Shown here piece by piece: positions 27,372-40,330 of a stretch of 64,000 nucleotides of DNA. The notes under the pieces were generated by a model that searched no databases, was not told the DNA's origin, and was given only the letters and a program-made list of their open reading frames with translations. Each line of letters begins with the position of its first letter. Positions within the stretch are counted from its first letter, which is position 1. Made by a program: the position numbers and the translations under genes. This DNA is from Leucoraja erinacea (Eukaryota): the NCBI RefSeq assembly GCF_028641065.1, contig NC_073411.1, forward strand, positions 10,912,001-10,976,000, read 5' to 3'.

Positions 27372-27810
27372 TAGAGGTGCGGCGGTTTCGGCTGGGGTTG
27401 AAGGGAGGGGGGTGGGGGCGCGTTCTTGCTGCTGGTGATGGTGGGTGAGGGGTATCTGAAGCGGCTGCCCGGTTGCCCCGCGGGTTGTGTGTGGGGGGAG
27501 AGGAGGGGGGGGGGGGGGGGGCTGGTGGGTATATCGGGCTTGGCTGTGCAGGTTCCCTGTCGCTGTGTGTCCGGGCTGCGCTGAGCTGCGGGGATTCCCT
27601 CCTGTCCGGATACAATGTATCCGTCACTGACAGCGCCGCGTTCCAATTGGAATTCCCCCCCCGGGCACTCGATACACCGCGTTCCAAAGGCGCCCGCGCG
27701 CTCCACACCGGGGGGCGGGGCCGGCCTGCCATGACGTCACCCCGTGCGTCATTCCCACCCACGCCCGCCCTGCCGCACAGACCCCCGGGAGTTGTAGTCC
27801 TGCCTGTGTA
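27372..27810 (-). promoter_or_regulatory. GRK 5' UTR and CpG-island promoter
   Basis: High GC/CpG; GC box 27711-27720; palindromic CRE TGACGTCA 27732-27739; half-CRE TGCGTCA 27745-27751; ACTACAACTCCC (ZNF143/THAP11-type motif) on the minus strand at 27787-27798. Confidence 0.8.
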
Positions 27811-30800
27811 TAGCATGCAAGGGACTTTTTATTTGTCATTTGTCTCAGTTAGAACAATGAAATTCCGACTTGCAGCTGCACAGCAGAATATGTAAACCTA
27901 GAGCAGGAAATAACTGAATGATACTGGTGTCAGGGTTTACTGGGTGAAGGCAGGAGAAGGGGGTTAGGAGGGAGAGATAGATCTGCCATGGTTGAATGGC
28001 AGAGCAGGCTTGATGGGCCGAATGGCCTAATTCTGCTCCTATACCTTATGATCTTTACATCAAATCTCAAGTCGTTAAGTTTATTTGTCACATACACATA
28101 CGAGATGTGCAATGAAATGAAAAGTGGCAATGCTCGCGGACTTTGTGCAAAAAGACAAACAAACAAACAAACTATAAACAAAAAAATCACATATTCTTTT
28201 ACATTTTAAATCTTGTGGGCGGAAGGAAAAACGTTCAGTAAAGTTAGTCCCTGGTGAGATAGGAGTTTACAGTCCGAATGGCCTCTAGGCAAAATGCTGG
28301 AGAAACTCAGCAGGACATACCAGACTGCACCTACTCTGTGTGAAAAAATTCCCCTTCAAATAAACAAATAGACACATCCCAGCCAAATGTCTCACATGTC
28401 GCCTTAAATGGCTTCCTTGTGTCTTAGACATCTCCACTATATCACAGTATGCAAACTGGCTATTCGGCCCAGATTGCCCATTCCGACCAACGTCCCATCT
28501 ACACGAGTCTCCCTTTCTTGCGTTTGGGAAAATTTTCACAATTCATGATCGTGGTTGATCGGCATATAAAACAAGGAGGTGGTTGAGACAGATAATATAA
28601 CAACATTATTATAATAATATAACAAAGACAAGTGGACAAGGATAGGAAAGATTTAGAGGGATATCAGCCAAATGCAGGCAGGTGGGCCTAGTGTAAATGG
28701 GGCATCTTGATTTAGCATGGGCAAGTTGGGCCAAAAGGCCTGTTTCCGTGATGTATGACTTTATGGCCTCATGTAAACCTCTATCAGGTCACTCTTCAGC
28801 CTCCAATGTTTAAAGGGCAACAACCCAGCCTAGAGTCTCCCCCCATGATCTAATCCAGGCAACATTCTGGTGATTCTCCTCTGCACCCTCTCCAGCACAG
28901 ACGTATGGACTCATCTAGCGACAGTACTCCCAGATATCGATTATCACAAGAACAATATGAAAATAATAAACCACACTTTGAAGCAGGCAGAGCCGAGGTA
29001 AATCTACCACTAAAATAAATACATTGTATCAGACATTGGTGAGGCCACATTTAGAGTGTTGTGTTCAGCTTAGCCATGTTATCGGTAAGATGTTGTCAAG
29101 CTTGAAAGAATGCTGACAAGACCTATGAGGACATTGCCAGGACTCGTGGGCCTTTCGGGAGAAGCGGAGCAGGCTTGGACAGTATTCCTTGGAGCACAGG
29201 AGGATGAGGAGTAATCTTATAAAGGTGTACAAAATCAGGAGGGGAATAGATCAGGTTAATGCACAGCATCTTTTGCCCAGATTAGGAGAATCCAGAACTA
29301 GAGAAGATAGGTTTAAGGTGAGGGGTGAAATTTTTAATAGGAGTGACTTTTTACACAAAGAGTGGTGTGCAAATGGAACAAGCTGCTGGAAGAGGTAGTT
29401 GAGGCAGGTACTATCATAATGTTTCAGAAACATTTGGACACGTCCATAGGTTTAGAGGGCTATGGGCCAAGCACGGGCAGATGGGACTAGTGTAGATGGT
29501 GCATGTTGGTCGGTGTGGGCAAATTGGGAAAAGGGGGCCTGTTTCCACGCTGTGCGATTCAATGACTCAAGGAGAAATTCTGTTCTTTCCAAAATTCTTC
29601 CCATGCCACGGGCTCAGAAGTGAGCAAGGCGAAGAAAATTTATGGCAGGCTAAATAATGACAAGATTGTTTCCATTTTTGGACACTTGGTCACAACAGGT
29701 CAGGCATTTACGAATATAAATTTCTTTACATTCATTCAAATTTTACATTTTCTACGAGCTAGAGGCATTCCTGGAGCATAATACGAATACTGTTTGGACA
29801 GGAAGTTATTCAGTTGAAAAAGAATGTTGAAAGAATGAAGAACCCATATGAAGAAAAGAAGAGGAAATTTGCCACCATTTTAGTCCCTCTTCATGGCATC
29901 TCCAACAGTGTCACATCCGACCCAAACACAAGGTTCACAGCACTTGTGTGCCACAGGTATGACTATCGGAACTGCAGATGCTGGTTTAAACCCGAAGATA
30001 GACACAAAAAGCTGGAGTAACTCAGCAGGACAGGCAGCATCTCTGGAGAGAAGAAATCGCAGGTCGAGACCCTTCTTCAGATGGAAGCCACCAACCCCTC
30101 TTCCAATAAGAAATTGCCAGGACTCTGTTTCAATGTCTACATGTGACCTCATCTGAAACAATGCTGCCCCGACCTGCATCAAGTCGCATTGCACCAAGTT
30201 CCAAGACCGCAAGAAATTGCAACAAATTGTGGACGCAGTCCCGACCAACCTCCCTTCTATCGACTCCATTTACACCTCATGCTGCCTCGGCAAGGTCAGC
30301 AGCATAATCAAGGATGAATCACACCCTGGCCACCTAGATAGCAGTTCACATTCAGCCCCTCGAGTCTACTCCGCCATTCAATCATGGCTGATCTCTGCCT
30401 CCTAATCCCATTTTCCTGCCTTCTTCTCCCCATAACCCTTGACACCCGTTCTAATCAAGGATTTGTCTATCTCTGCCTTAAATATATCCACTGACTTGGC
30501 CTCCACAGCCCTCTCTGGCAATGAGTTCCACAGATTAACTATCCTCTGACTGAAGAAGTTTCTCCTCACCTCTTATCTAATAGAGTGCCGTTTAATTCTC
30601 AGGCTATGACCACTGGTCTTAGACTCTCCCATCAGTGGAAACATCCTCCACACATCCACTCCATCTATGCCTTTCATTATTCAGTCAATTCTGATCAGCC
30701 ATGACACTCGGTGCTTCAACTTGACATGCTGTCGCGATTCCATTCTGCCATCCAATTAAGGACTAGCAGATGGGTAGGCAACTGACTCAGGCCTGAAGCG

Positions 30801-32066
30801 AATTGGAGACTGATCTCCACTCTGACCGTAGAATAGCATCAGGTCGAACAATTAAAACGATTGTCCGTAGAACGTTGAACTATTCAGCACAAGAGCAAAC
30901 CCTTGACCATAACATTGTGCCAAACATGATGCCAAGACAAACTCTTATCTGTCGCACGCAATCCAAAAATCCAAAGAAAAATGAACAGGAAAAAGGGAAA
31001 GGAACTTAGGAAACCCAAGTGAGCAAAGCCAGAGAATGAATCATCCATAGTTACTGTCGGCCGGCCATTGTGGAGGAAATGAGGTCACGTTGAACGCAGT
31101 TTGGCAACTTGCACAGGAAGTCGAAGATGCCAAATTCCATGGAGCATTGAAGTGAAACATCGACACAGGTGCCATTGTTGAATAAAATACCAATAAAACC
31201 AGCCAGCCTGGAAAGCATTTTATCAGGATGTGTCACAGCTTGGTTTGGGAACAGCTCCATCCCAGACCGCAAGAAATTGCAGCAAATTGTGGACGCACCT
31301 CAGACCACCACAAACAAACCAACCTCCTGCTGCCTCGGCAAGGCCAGGAGCATAATCAAGGACGAGTCGCACCCTGGCCACTCCGTCTTCTAACCTCTCC
31401 CATCAGACAAAAAAGTATAGAAGTATGAAAACGCACACCTCCTGATTCAGGGACAGTTTCTTCCCAGCTGTTATCAGGCAACTGAATCATCTTACCACAA
31501 CCAGAGAGTAGTCCTGAACTACCACGTTGGTACCCTTGGACTATCCTTGTTCATAAAACGTTGATGGCTTTACCTTGCACTAAACGTTACTCCCTTATCA
31601 TGTATCTGCTGTATACACTGTAAATGGCTTGATTGTAATCATATATTGCTTTCCTACTGACTGGATAGCACGCAACAAAAGCTTTTTACTGTACCTCGGT
31701 ACGCGTGACAATAAATAAAACTGAACTGAAAATAAAACTGAATGGAATGGACAGGCAACGTTTCAGGTGGTGCCCCATCTTCAGAGCCAAAGCGTCGCAT
31801 GTCCATTCCCACCTCAGATGCTGCCTGAATGCTTGGGTTTCTCCAGCACTGTTGTTTTAGTCAAGACTCCTGATCTGCAGTCTCATGAGTCTCGGTCTTG
31901 AGGGATATGGATTATGTGCAGGCAGATAAGAGTTGGTCTTGGCATCATGTCCGGCATGGATATTGTGGGCTGAAGGGCCTGTTCTTGTGATGTACTGCTC
32001 TATGTTCAATACTTACTTCATGTTGATGCAATTTCGTTCAGACTTCGGTCTGAATGACAATAAAAG

Positions 32067-32110
32067 GCTATCTATCTATCTATCTATCTATCTATCAATC
32101 TATCTATCTA
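32067..32110. repeat. (CTAT)n microsatellite, probably a retroposon tail
   Basis: Follows the ttcagac-ttcg-gtctgaa hairpin and AATAAA. Confidence 0.85.
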
Positions 32111-32530
32111 TGAATTGTCATTGTCAGTGTACAGTACAGAGACAACGAAATGCATTTAGCATCTCCCTGGAAGAGCGACATAGCTAACGATTTGAATAAA
32201 TAATATTAAGTGTCCGGGGGGGGGGGGGGGGGTGGTGATTGGCAGTCACCGAAGTACGCTGTTGAGTAGAGTGACAGCCGCCGGAAAAAAGCTGTTCCTC
32301 GACCTGCTGGTTCGGCAACGGAGAGACCTGTAGCGCCTCCCGGATGGTAGGAGGGTAAACAGTCCATGGTTTGGGTGAGAGCAGTCCTTGGCGATGCCGA
32401 GCGCCCTCCGCAGACAGCGCTTGCTTTGGACAGACTCAATGGAGGGGAGCGAGGAACCGGTGATGCGTTGGGCAATTGTCACCACCCTCTGCAATGCCTT
32501 CCGGTCGGAGACAGAGCAGTTGCCGTACCA
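32111..32530 (-). mobile_element. Rex1-like LINE 3' fragment, second subfamily (another copy at about 56512-56858)
   Basis: QRVVTIAQRITGSSLPSIES..HPNHGLFTLLPSGRRYRSL..NSFFPAAVTLLN. Confidence 0.8.
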
Positions 32531-33241
32531 AACTGTATCTATCTAGAATTGTTCGTACACTGGGAGGGGAAGGAGGGAGAAAGCAAGGACTACCTGAAAT
32601 TGGAGAAGTCAATGTTCATACTGCTGGGGTGTAAGGCAAGCATACCATGAGGTAGCTGTGAAGGAAGGCAGGAACGGGGTACTGATTGGGGATGATCAGC
32701 CATTATCACATTGAATGGCGATGCTGGCTCGAAGGGCCGAATGGCCTACTCCTGCACCTATTGTCTATTGTCACTGCATTTCCCCATTTTATTAATTGCT
32801 CCCAACTTTGAAGCCTCGGATGAAGACAGTCACTTTGTAAAGGAATAACCACAAATGACAATGTCACGGCTTTAAACAAAAACCCAGTCGGGAAACACAT
32901 CCAGCAAAGGCTAATTTAAGCGAGGAAACAGCCAACAAGATAGACCGAGAAGGATATTGCAAACATGACTGGAGGACCTTGATAACAGATGTTGTTATCA
33001 GAGGCTTTAGCAACAGAACAACAGAGAGAGATGCAATAGGGTGTCAGGGCTTTCCACGTCAGCCCGGCTGCGAATTACCAAGTCTTTCAAAACACAGCTG
33101 ACCTTTCCTCGCCCAAACATGGGGCGATGAGATGGGGGAGGGGGCGGCTGGGGTTGGGAAGAGGCTCAAAAATAGGCCACTGGAGTGCAGCCAGAAGCTG
33201 CCGCTGTAGCTCACAATGTGCCCGTGACATTAGGGAACTTA

Positions 33242-33490
33242 GAAGGTAGACAAAAATGCTGGAGAAACTCAGCGGGTGAGGCAGCATCTATGGAGCGAAG
33301 GAATAGGTGACGTTTTGGGTCGAGACCCATCTTCAGACTGATGTGGGGGTGGGGTGGGGGGAAGAAATAAGGAAGAGGCAGAGACAGTGGGCTGTGGGAG
33401 AGCTGGGAAGGGGAGGGGATGGAGGGAGAAAGCAAGGACTACCTGAAATTGGAGAAGTCAATGTTCATACCGCTGGGGTGTAAGGCAAAC
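33242..33490 (-). mobile_element. Penelope-like 3' end: ORF terminus (HPSGMNIDFSNFR*) contiguous with the abundant short repeat
   Basis: Shows that the dispersed 'gctggagaaactcagcggg..cccttcttcagac' repeat is the PLE 3' UTR/pLTR. Confidence 0.8.
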
Positions 33491-34802
33491 ACACCATGAG
33501 CGTAGAGGTAGCTGTCAGAGGCACCCAGCTTTATGTGAGCATTTACGGTGTGGATCTGTGGCAGAGTTGCTGCCTTACAGCGCCAGAGACCCGGGTTCAA
33601 TCCTGGCCGCGGGTGCTGTCTGCACGGAGTTTCCCTGTGATCGCGTGGTTCCAGCTTCCCCCCACACTCCAAAGACTTACAGGTTTGTTGGGCAATTGAC
33701 TTCCTCAAATTGTAAATTGTCCCTAGTGTGTAGGATGGTGCAAGTGTGTGGGGTGATCGCTGGCCAGCGAGGACTCGGTGAGCCGAAGGTCCCGTTTACG
33801 AGCTGCATCTCAAATGTTTCAGGCAATATTATTATTTACTGGTACACAAAAATGCTGGAGAAACTCAGCGGGTGCAGCAGCGTCTATGGAGCGAAGGAAA
33901 TAGGCAACGTTTTGGGCCGAAACCCTTCTTCAGACTGAAGGAAATAGGCAACGTTTCGGGCCGAAACCCAGAAGGGTTTCGGCCCGAGTTTCTCCGTTGC
34001 CTATTTCCTTCGCTCCAAAGATGCTACTGCACCCGCTGAGTTTCTCCAGCATTTGTGTACCTTCAATTTTCCAGCATCTGCAGTTCCTTCTTAAACATTA
34101 TTATTTACTGCTTTTGTTCTCGCACTACTTCAATTGAAGATCAGCCATGATCACATTGAATGGCGGTGTTGGCTCGAAGGGCTGAATGGCCTCCTCCTGC
34201 ACCTATTGTCTATTTGTACAAATTCATCATCTCGCATTCGTCAGAGTTAAATTCCATCTAGCAATGCTCTCCCCAACTTTCCATCCGATTCATATCCTGA
34301 TGTAGCCTCAGACAACCTTTCCCACAACCGGCTAACTATTGTGCCATCCACACACATAATACCTTCGACGTGTGTCCTATCTTTGTTACTAGAAGCCTTT
34401 AGAATATTGGTGTTTGAATAATTCCGAGTTGGCCTTGCCCGTTAAGATGTGCTCCCGTTGTGAATGTACAAAGAGTCGGAGAAACGCTGCACGGAATAGT
34501 GAAAAACCTGGATAGAGTGGATGTGGAGAGGATGTTTCCACTAGTGCAAGAGTCTAGGACCAGAGGTCATATCTTCAAAAGGTCATTCCTAGAGAAAGGA
34601 TGAATTTCTTTAGTCAGAAGGTGGTGAATCAGTGGAATTCATTGCACACAAGGCTACGGAGTTAATGTGCAGGGGTTGCTGGTTGGGGCAGACTCGTTGG
34701 GCCAAAGGGCCTGTTGTCTCACTGTATCTCTAAACTAACAAGCCATCGTTCTTTTGGACAGGAACAAACCAGAGGCAATTCCACTGAAGATGAACTGAAG
34801 AA

Positions 34803-35702
34803 TTTATTTGAGAGTTACAGTGAAAACAAGCAAGCATCACATTCTCATTAGAACCAAATCAAATCTTTAAGCTAAGGGAGTGCTGTTACTATCTTTCTGC
34901 CTGTGCACAAGAAAGCCAAACCTGGCCCCATCGACCAAATGTACTGGTGTGCAGTCTTCCCTCTGCCACTGTTTATCTTGTTACAAACCAGAAGTCTCCA
35001 TCCAGAGCGATCATGGGAGCACCATCACCCCCAAGACCTTCGGTCTTCTAAAGCACACGCCCCTGCCTTCTATTGAAAATTAATATGCCTTTGGTATCAT
35101 TAACCAAATAGTTCCTTTCAGAGGGGGAGAGAGCAAAAAAAAAAAAATAATCACACCAGTTTGCTGCTTGATATGTCGAATCTAGTATCTGGAAAAGAGT
35201 GAAGTCAAGTTTCATTTCAACTCAACTTTGAACAGATCGATGAAGGGATCGGGTCTATTATGTGTAAACTTCCTTCTATACTGGACTTGGAATTTAGAAC
35301 TGGTAGTTCTCGATTGGTAGCAATGAATCCCTTCTATCACAACCATAGCCAGGTCCTTGTGATGCATTATGTCTGACAATATTTGTGGGCTATGTATCTA
35401 TGGGGAAAGATCAAATAAACATCAGGAGGGCTCCAAACTTCTACCATGCAATACAGACAGACCACTCTTACCTCAGTGTGGAAATCCTGCAACTCCCTCA
35501 CAGTATATATGGAGCCCCTTTGCCACAAAATGTAGCCAAGTCAAAAGAATGTCAACCCAACTTACTGGACTAGTTTGGCAAGATCATACTGGCCAAAGCC
35601 ATTTGATCAATGGTGGTGGGAGGTCACAATTGCAAGCAGCTATCCAATTAACACTGAGGGGAGGAGATCACATCCCTGCTTTACTGGATCCAATAATTTA
35701 TT
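34803..35702 (-). terminator. LSM1 3' UTR with candidate proximal (35697-35702) and distal (34803-34808) AATAAA signals
   Basis: tttatt on the plus strand at both sites, in unique sequence downstream of the LSM1 stop. Confidence 0.45.
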
Positions 35703-36031
35703 GACCAATAAGCCCACATTTTCTTTCATTTAAGAGACCCTTCAGGTCTTCAATCAATTTCGAAATTGGATAATCATCCCTCCACACCTTGTGGCCAACG
35801 ATGAGAAAGCCAGTCCAGAGAAGGTTTTAAGTTTGAAATGTATATTTTCCCCATATATCCTCCGAGGTTAACTTCAGGAGATATCATGGTGGAGCAGCAT
35901 TGTCAGCTGCTAACACTATCTCCAACAGCTTCAATAAATGCTAACGTTACAGGAGTTGGGAATATTTACACCAAGTTATGTCCTCAGGTTTTCAAGTTAT
36001 AGACGGCGTGCTTGTTCCCACTCCATCGTCT

Positions 36032-36202
36032 CTAGTAATCATCCAGGGAGTCCGGGTAGGGAAGCATTAGCCCACGCTCCTTGGATGCCTGTATCTTCAG
36101 CTTCTCCGCCCTGCTCCTGGCCTCCTTCTCCTGCCGCAGATCTGCCAGAATTTTCTCGACGGTCACACACTGGAGGGTGGATGCGCTCTCCTTGTCCAGA
36201 TC
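36032..36202 (-). CDS. LSM1: LSM1 exon 4 (C-terminal helix, TAG stop)
   Basis: Acceptor tctctttcag; 56 aa, the same length as the recalled human C-terminus. Confidence 0.94.
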   Translation of the reverse strand, partial: DLDKESASTLQCVTVEKILADLRQEKEARSRAEKLKIQASKERGLMLPYPDSLDDY

Positions 36203-39200
36203 CTGAAAGAGATACTGCCCATTATTGGCTGTCTCCACAGGGCAGGGGCACTTGCCAAGTGTCAGCACGCAACCATCTCCGTACAGCACCCGTGGTCAGG
36301 ATCGAACCCAGGACCCTGGCGCTGCAAAGCATCCGAACTACTGCTGTGCCACTGTGCCGGCCCAAATCTTACTGGTACATTCAGTACTTTATACACAGCT
36401 GTTCCTAATCGCTAGAAAGAGGAACAAAGTGGTTACACAATAGACAATAGGTGCAGGAGTAGGCCATTTGGCCTGTCAAGCCAGCACCGCCATTTAATGT
36501 GATCATGGCTGATCATCCACAATCAGTACCCCATTCCTGCCTTCTCCCCATATCCCCCGACTCCGCTATCTTTAAGAGCCCTATCTAGCTCTCTCTTGAA
36601 AGTATCCAGAGAACTGGCCTCCTGAGGCAGAGAATTCCACAGACTCACAACTCTGTGTGAAAAAATGTTTCCTCGACTGAGTTCTAAATGGCTTACCCCT
36701 TATTCTTAAACCGTGGCCCCTGGTTCTGGACTCCACCAACATCGGGAACATGTTTCCTGCCTCTAGCGTGTCCAAACCCTTAATAACCTTATTTGTTTCA
36801 CTAAGATCCCCTCTCATCCTTCTAAATTCCAGAGTGTACAAGCCCAGCCGCTCATTCTCTCAGCATATGACAGTCCCGCCATCCCGGGAATTAACCTTGT
36901 AAACCTACGCTGCACTCCCTCAATAGCAAGAATGCCCTTCCTCAAGTTAGGGGACCAAAACTGCACACAATACTCCAGGTGTGGTCTCACTAGGGCCCCG
37001 TACAGCTGCAGAAGGACCTCTTTGCTCCTATACTCAACTCCTCTTGTTATAAAGGCCAACATGCCATTTGCTTTCTTCACTGCCTGCTGGCTCCAGCAAC
37101 ATAGACCACAGGAAGGGGTGAATCACAGCAACCGAAGGCCGTTGTGAATAAACAGTGCAGACTTACAATCTCGCCCACCAGGACAACATTCTCGCCTCTC
37201 ACAATGAATATTCCACGAGGGATGTCTCCGTACTTTTGACCCACATAAATCCGTTCCAGAGTCTGATGGAGCACCAAATTAGCTGCGGAGTTCCAATAAT
37301 TCAGGTAGTTAAGGTCTATGCAGTAGTCACAAAACAATCTGAAATATTGAATAAATATGCCATTCATCTGAATGAATGAATATATATACATTGGAATAGA
37401 TAAGAGTGAATGCACAGGGTCTACTACCCATAAGAGAGGAATCAAGAACCACATGACATTGGTTTAAGGTGAGACTCAATAGACAATAGGTGCAGGAGTA
37501 GGCCATACAGCCCTTCATTTAATGTGATCATGGCTGATCATCCCCAATAGTACCCCTATCCTGCCTTCTCCCCATATCCCCGGACTCTGCTATCTTGAAG
37601 GTAGACAAAAGTGCTGGAGAAACTCAGCATCAATGAAGCGAAGGAAATAGGCAACGTTTCGGGCCGAAACCCTTCATCTTTAAGAGCCCTATCTAGCTTT
37701 CTCTTGAAAGTATCCAGCGAATTGGGATAGATTTTATCTAGGGGAAAGATATGAGAAATTGAAGAGAGAATCCTCACGGTCACTGGGACAAGGTACAAAC
37801 TCTGTCCAGACAGCACCCGTAGACAGGATCGAACCCAGGTCTTGGGTGCTGCAAGCACTGTAGGGCAGCAACTCTACCGCTGTGCCACCAATGTCTCAGA
37901 CAATGTTCATGGTGTGGAAGCCTCCACCTGCAGGGAATTTGGGCACATATGTCCTGCCACGGGAGGAGAAGGAGCCCGGATACTGTAACTGTTACTCACC
38001 AAACTGATCGATGCTCCTCAGGAATCCGATCAAGGTCCGTCCATCTCGCAACAGCACCAGGTGTTTCTCTGCAACGTGGTGAGAAGGACAATACGTCCAA
38101 TACGATTAGGGGCCAGAGATAGAAACATAGAAACATAGAAATAGGTGCAGGAGTAGGCCTACATTCGGCCCTTCGAGCCTGCACCGCCATTCAATATGAT
38201 CAGTGGGGTGATCATCCAACTCAGTCTGATCCCGTACCTGCTCCTTCTCACCTCCATCACCCCAATCGTATCCCCTTAGCCACAAGGGCCACATCTAACT
38301 CCCTCTTAAATATAGCCAATGAACTGGCCTCAACTACCCTCTGTGGCAGAGAGTTCCAGAGCGATTCACCACTCTCTGTGTGAAAAAAGTTCTTCTCATC
38401 TCGGTTTTAAAGGATTTCCCCTTTATCCTTAGGCTGTGACCCCTTGTCCTGGACTTCCCCAACATCGGGAACAATCTTCCTGCATCTAGCCTGTCCAACC
38501 CCTTAAGAATTTTGTAAGTTTCTATAAGGTCCCCTCTCAATCTTCTAAATTCTAGAGAGTATAACCCAAGTCTATCCAGTCTTTCTTCAGAAGACAGTCC
38601 TGACATCCCAGGAATCAGTCTGGTGATTCAGTCATCATTGAATGGCAGAGTGTACTCGATGGGCTGAATGGCCTAATTCTACTCCTACAACGTGTGGACG
38701 TGAATAGAGGGAGTGAGGGTTACCTGCAAGAGGAGAATTCGCTGTTGGTGCAGTTGGGTTGTAGACTACTCAGTCTGAATAAGAGATATTGCTCCTGATG
38801 GTGCACCTCCATCAGCACAATCGTAGCTACAGGAAAACTGGAATTGCCACGGACCAGACATACAAGGATCTGTCAATGCTGGGTTATAATAGTGTTGCCC
38901 GGTGTAAATGGCCGGGATGGTGACAGTACAAACTCATACCAAATTGTGGCGACATGGGACCTCCTACAGTGAATGGAGCGCAAGTGCCCTCTGGTGGCAA
39001 GCGCAATGAATGCAAGGGCAGTCGGACACCAAGGACAAAAGAAAAATAACCTTTTCGTTTAGTTGATTATGGCCAGGTGGAAATTAATCTCGTTGAAGCT
39101 TCATGGCTTGAGAAGCAGCGCAGTGAACAGTGAATGGCACCTCCTCCTACATTAGCCCTGCCCACGATCAAGAGGTATTCAGGTGACTGCAATGTTTAAT

Positions 39201-39724
39201 ATTAAACACAATATTAATGTCGACATCTCATTCCATTTCTGGCACCTCATGGTCAAACAGGTCGAGAGATACAGCGTGGAAACAGGCCCTTCAGCACACC
39301 GAGTCCAAGCCGGCTATCGTTCACACTGTTCTATGTTATCCCATGTTCTCACCCAGCTCCTTGCACAACACACCAGTGACAGCTTTACACATTACCCTGG
39401 AAACCCACACACCTTGTGGCAGTGGGCGGAAAGCGGAGTAACCTGGGAGAACATGCAAACTCCACGCAGACAGCACCCGCGGTCAGGGACGAACCCGCGT
39501 CTGTGGCACAACGAGTCAGCGGTTCTATTCACTGCGCCGCTGGTCTCAATCAGTATAAAAAAACAAATTTGGTTTTGTATAATGTTACCGATTAAAACCA
39601 GGGGTGGGGAGAAAGAGTGGGGCGGGTCCCGGAGAAAGAAGAGGGTGGGGTGGGGAGAGGGTGGGGTGGGGAGAGAGGGGGGGTGGGTGGGGAGAGGAGG
39701 AGGGGGGGGGGGGGGGGGGGGAGA

Positions 39725-39770
<46 letters not shown>

Positions 39771-40116
39771 GGAGGGGGAGGGGGGAGAGGGAGGGGGGGG
39801 AGGAGGGAGGGAGGGGAGGGGGGGGTGGGGGAGAGGGAGGGAGGGGGGGAGAGGGGGGAGAGGAGGTGGGGGTGGGGAGAGAGGGGTGGGGAGAGAGGAG
39901 GGGGCGGGGAAAGTGGGGGTGAGGTAAGATTAAGGGGGAGAGAGGGGTGGGGTCGGAGGAAGGGTAGAGTGGGATTGGGATGGGGGCGGGGGTTGGGAGG
40001 GGGAGGAAGAAGGAATGGTGGGCGACCCATGAGTAGCCCGAGGCCGGTCCCTACAACGGGACCCACTCACTGTCTAGATCCTCGATCAGCCTGGCGGTCC
40101 CTGGCATGTAGTTCAT
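36032..40116 (-). CDS. LSM1: U6 snRNA-associated Sm-like protein LSm1 (133 aa), 4 coding exons
   Basis: join(40071-40116,38000-38068,37167-37282,36032-36202) = 46+69+116+171 = 402 nt, all GT-AG. Protein MNYMPGTARLIEDLDKKHLVLLRDGRTLIGFLRSIDQFANLVLHQTLERIYVGQKYGDIPRGIFIVRGENVVLVGEIDLDKES..DSLDDY contains Sm1/Sm2 motifs. Confidence 0.96.
36440..37088 (-). mobile_element. CR1 (HER1-like) LINE 3' fragment in LSM1 intron 3
   Basis: KKANGMLAFI..LVRPHLEYCVQFWSP..IEGVQRRFTRLIPG plus the conserved CR1 3' UTR. Confidence 0.9.
37167..37282 (-). CDS. LSM1: LSM1 exon 3 (ANLVLHQTLERIYVGQKYGDIPRGIFIVRGENVVLVGEI)
   Basis: Sm2 RGENV motif; acceptor ctccgcag, donor gtaagt. Confidence 0.96.
38000..38068 (-). 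CDS. LSM1: LSM1 exon 2 (KKHLVLLRDGRTLIGFLRSIDQF)
   Basis: Sm1 motif; acceptor cgttgcag, donor gtgagt. Confidence 0.96.
38984..38997 (-). promoter_or_regulatory. Candidate CTCF binding site in LSM1 intron 1
   Basis: Minus strand CCACCAGAGGGCAC fits the CTCF core CCASYAGRKGGCRS. Confidence 0.6.
39601..40010. repeat. G/purine-rich low-complexity tract in LSM1 intron 1
   Basis: Long G homopolymers and GGAG/GGTG runs. Confidence 0.9.
40071..40116 (-). CDS. LSM1: LSM1 coding exon 1 (MNYMPGTARLIEDLD)
   Basis: ATG at 40116 in context gcagcaATG; donor gtgagt. Confidence 0.95.
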
Positions 40117-40330
40117 TGCTGCACCTTTTACACACATTCTCGGTAAGGGACAACACGGCCTCTCCCCTGCGGTTTTAACCCTTTCACAACGGGCGGGGCG
40201 AGGGGTGTGGATGGGGAGGTCCCTTTCTTTAAAGGCACAGCCCCCCCCCCCCCCCTGTCAGTTGTGGAAAAAGCCGAGGCCATTCGAGCCATCGCGCCTG
40301 TTCTCCCCCACTCTCTCAGGGAGATACCAG
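40117..40330 (-). promoter_or_regulatory. LSM1 5' UTR/proximal promoter with GC box
   Basis: CpG-containing unique sequence directly upstream of the ATG; GGGCGGGGCG at 40191-40200. Confidence 0.55.

Noticed and set aside
27316-27895. Several 110-166 aa ORFs over the CpG island
   Set aside because: Stop-poor GC-rich promoter/5' UTR; the only supported coding piece is the 52-nt GRK exon.
39183-40178. 331-aa Gly-rich ORF and overlapping poly-Pro ORFs
   Set aside because: Artefacts of a G homopolymer tract plus a SINE inside LSM1 intron 1.
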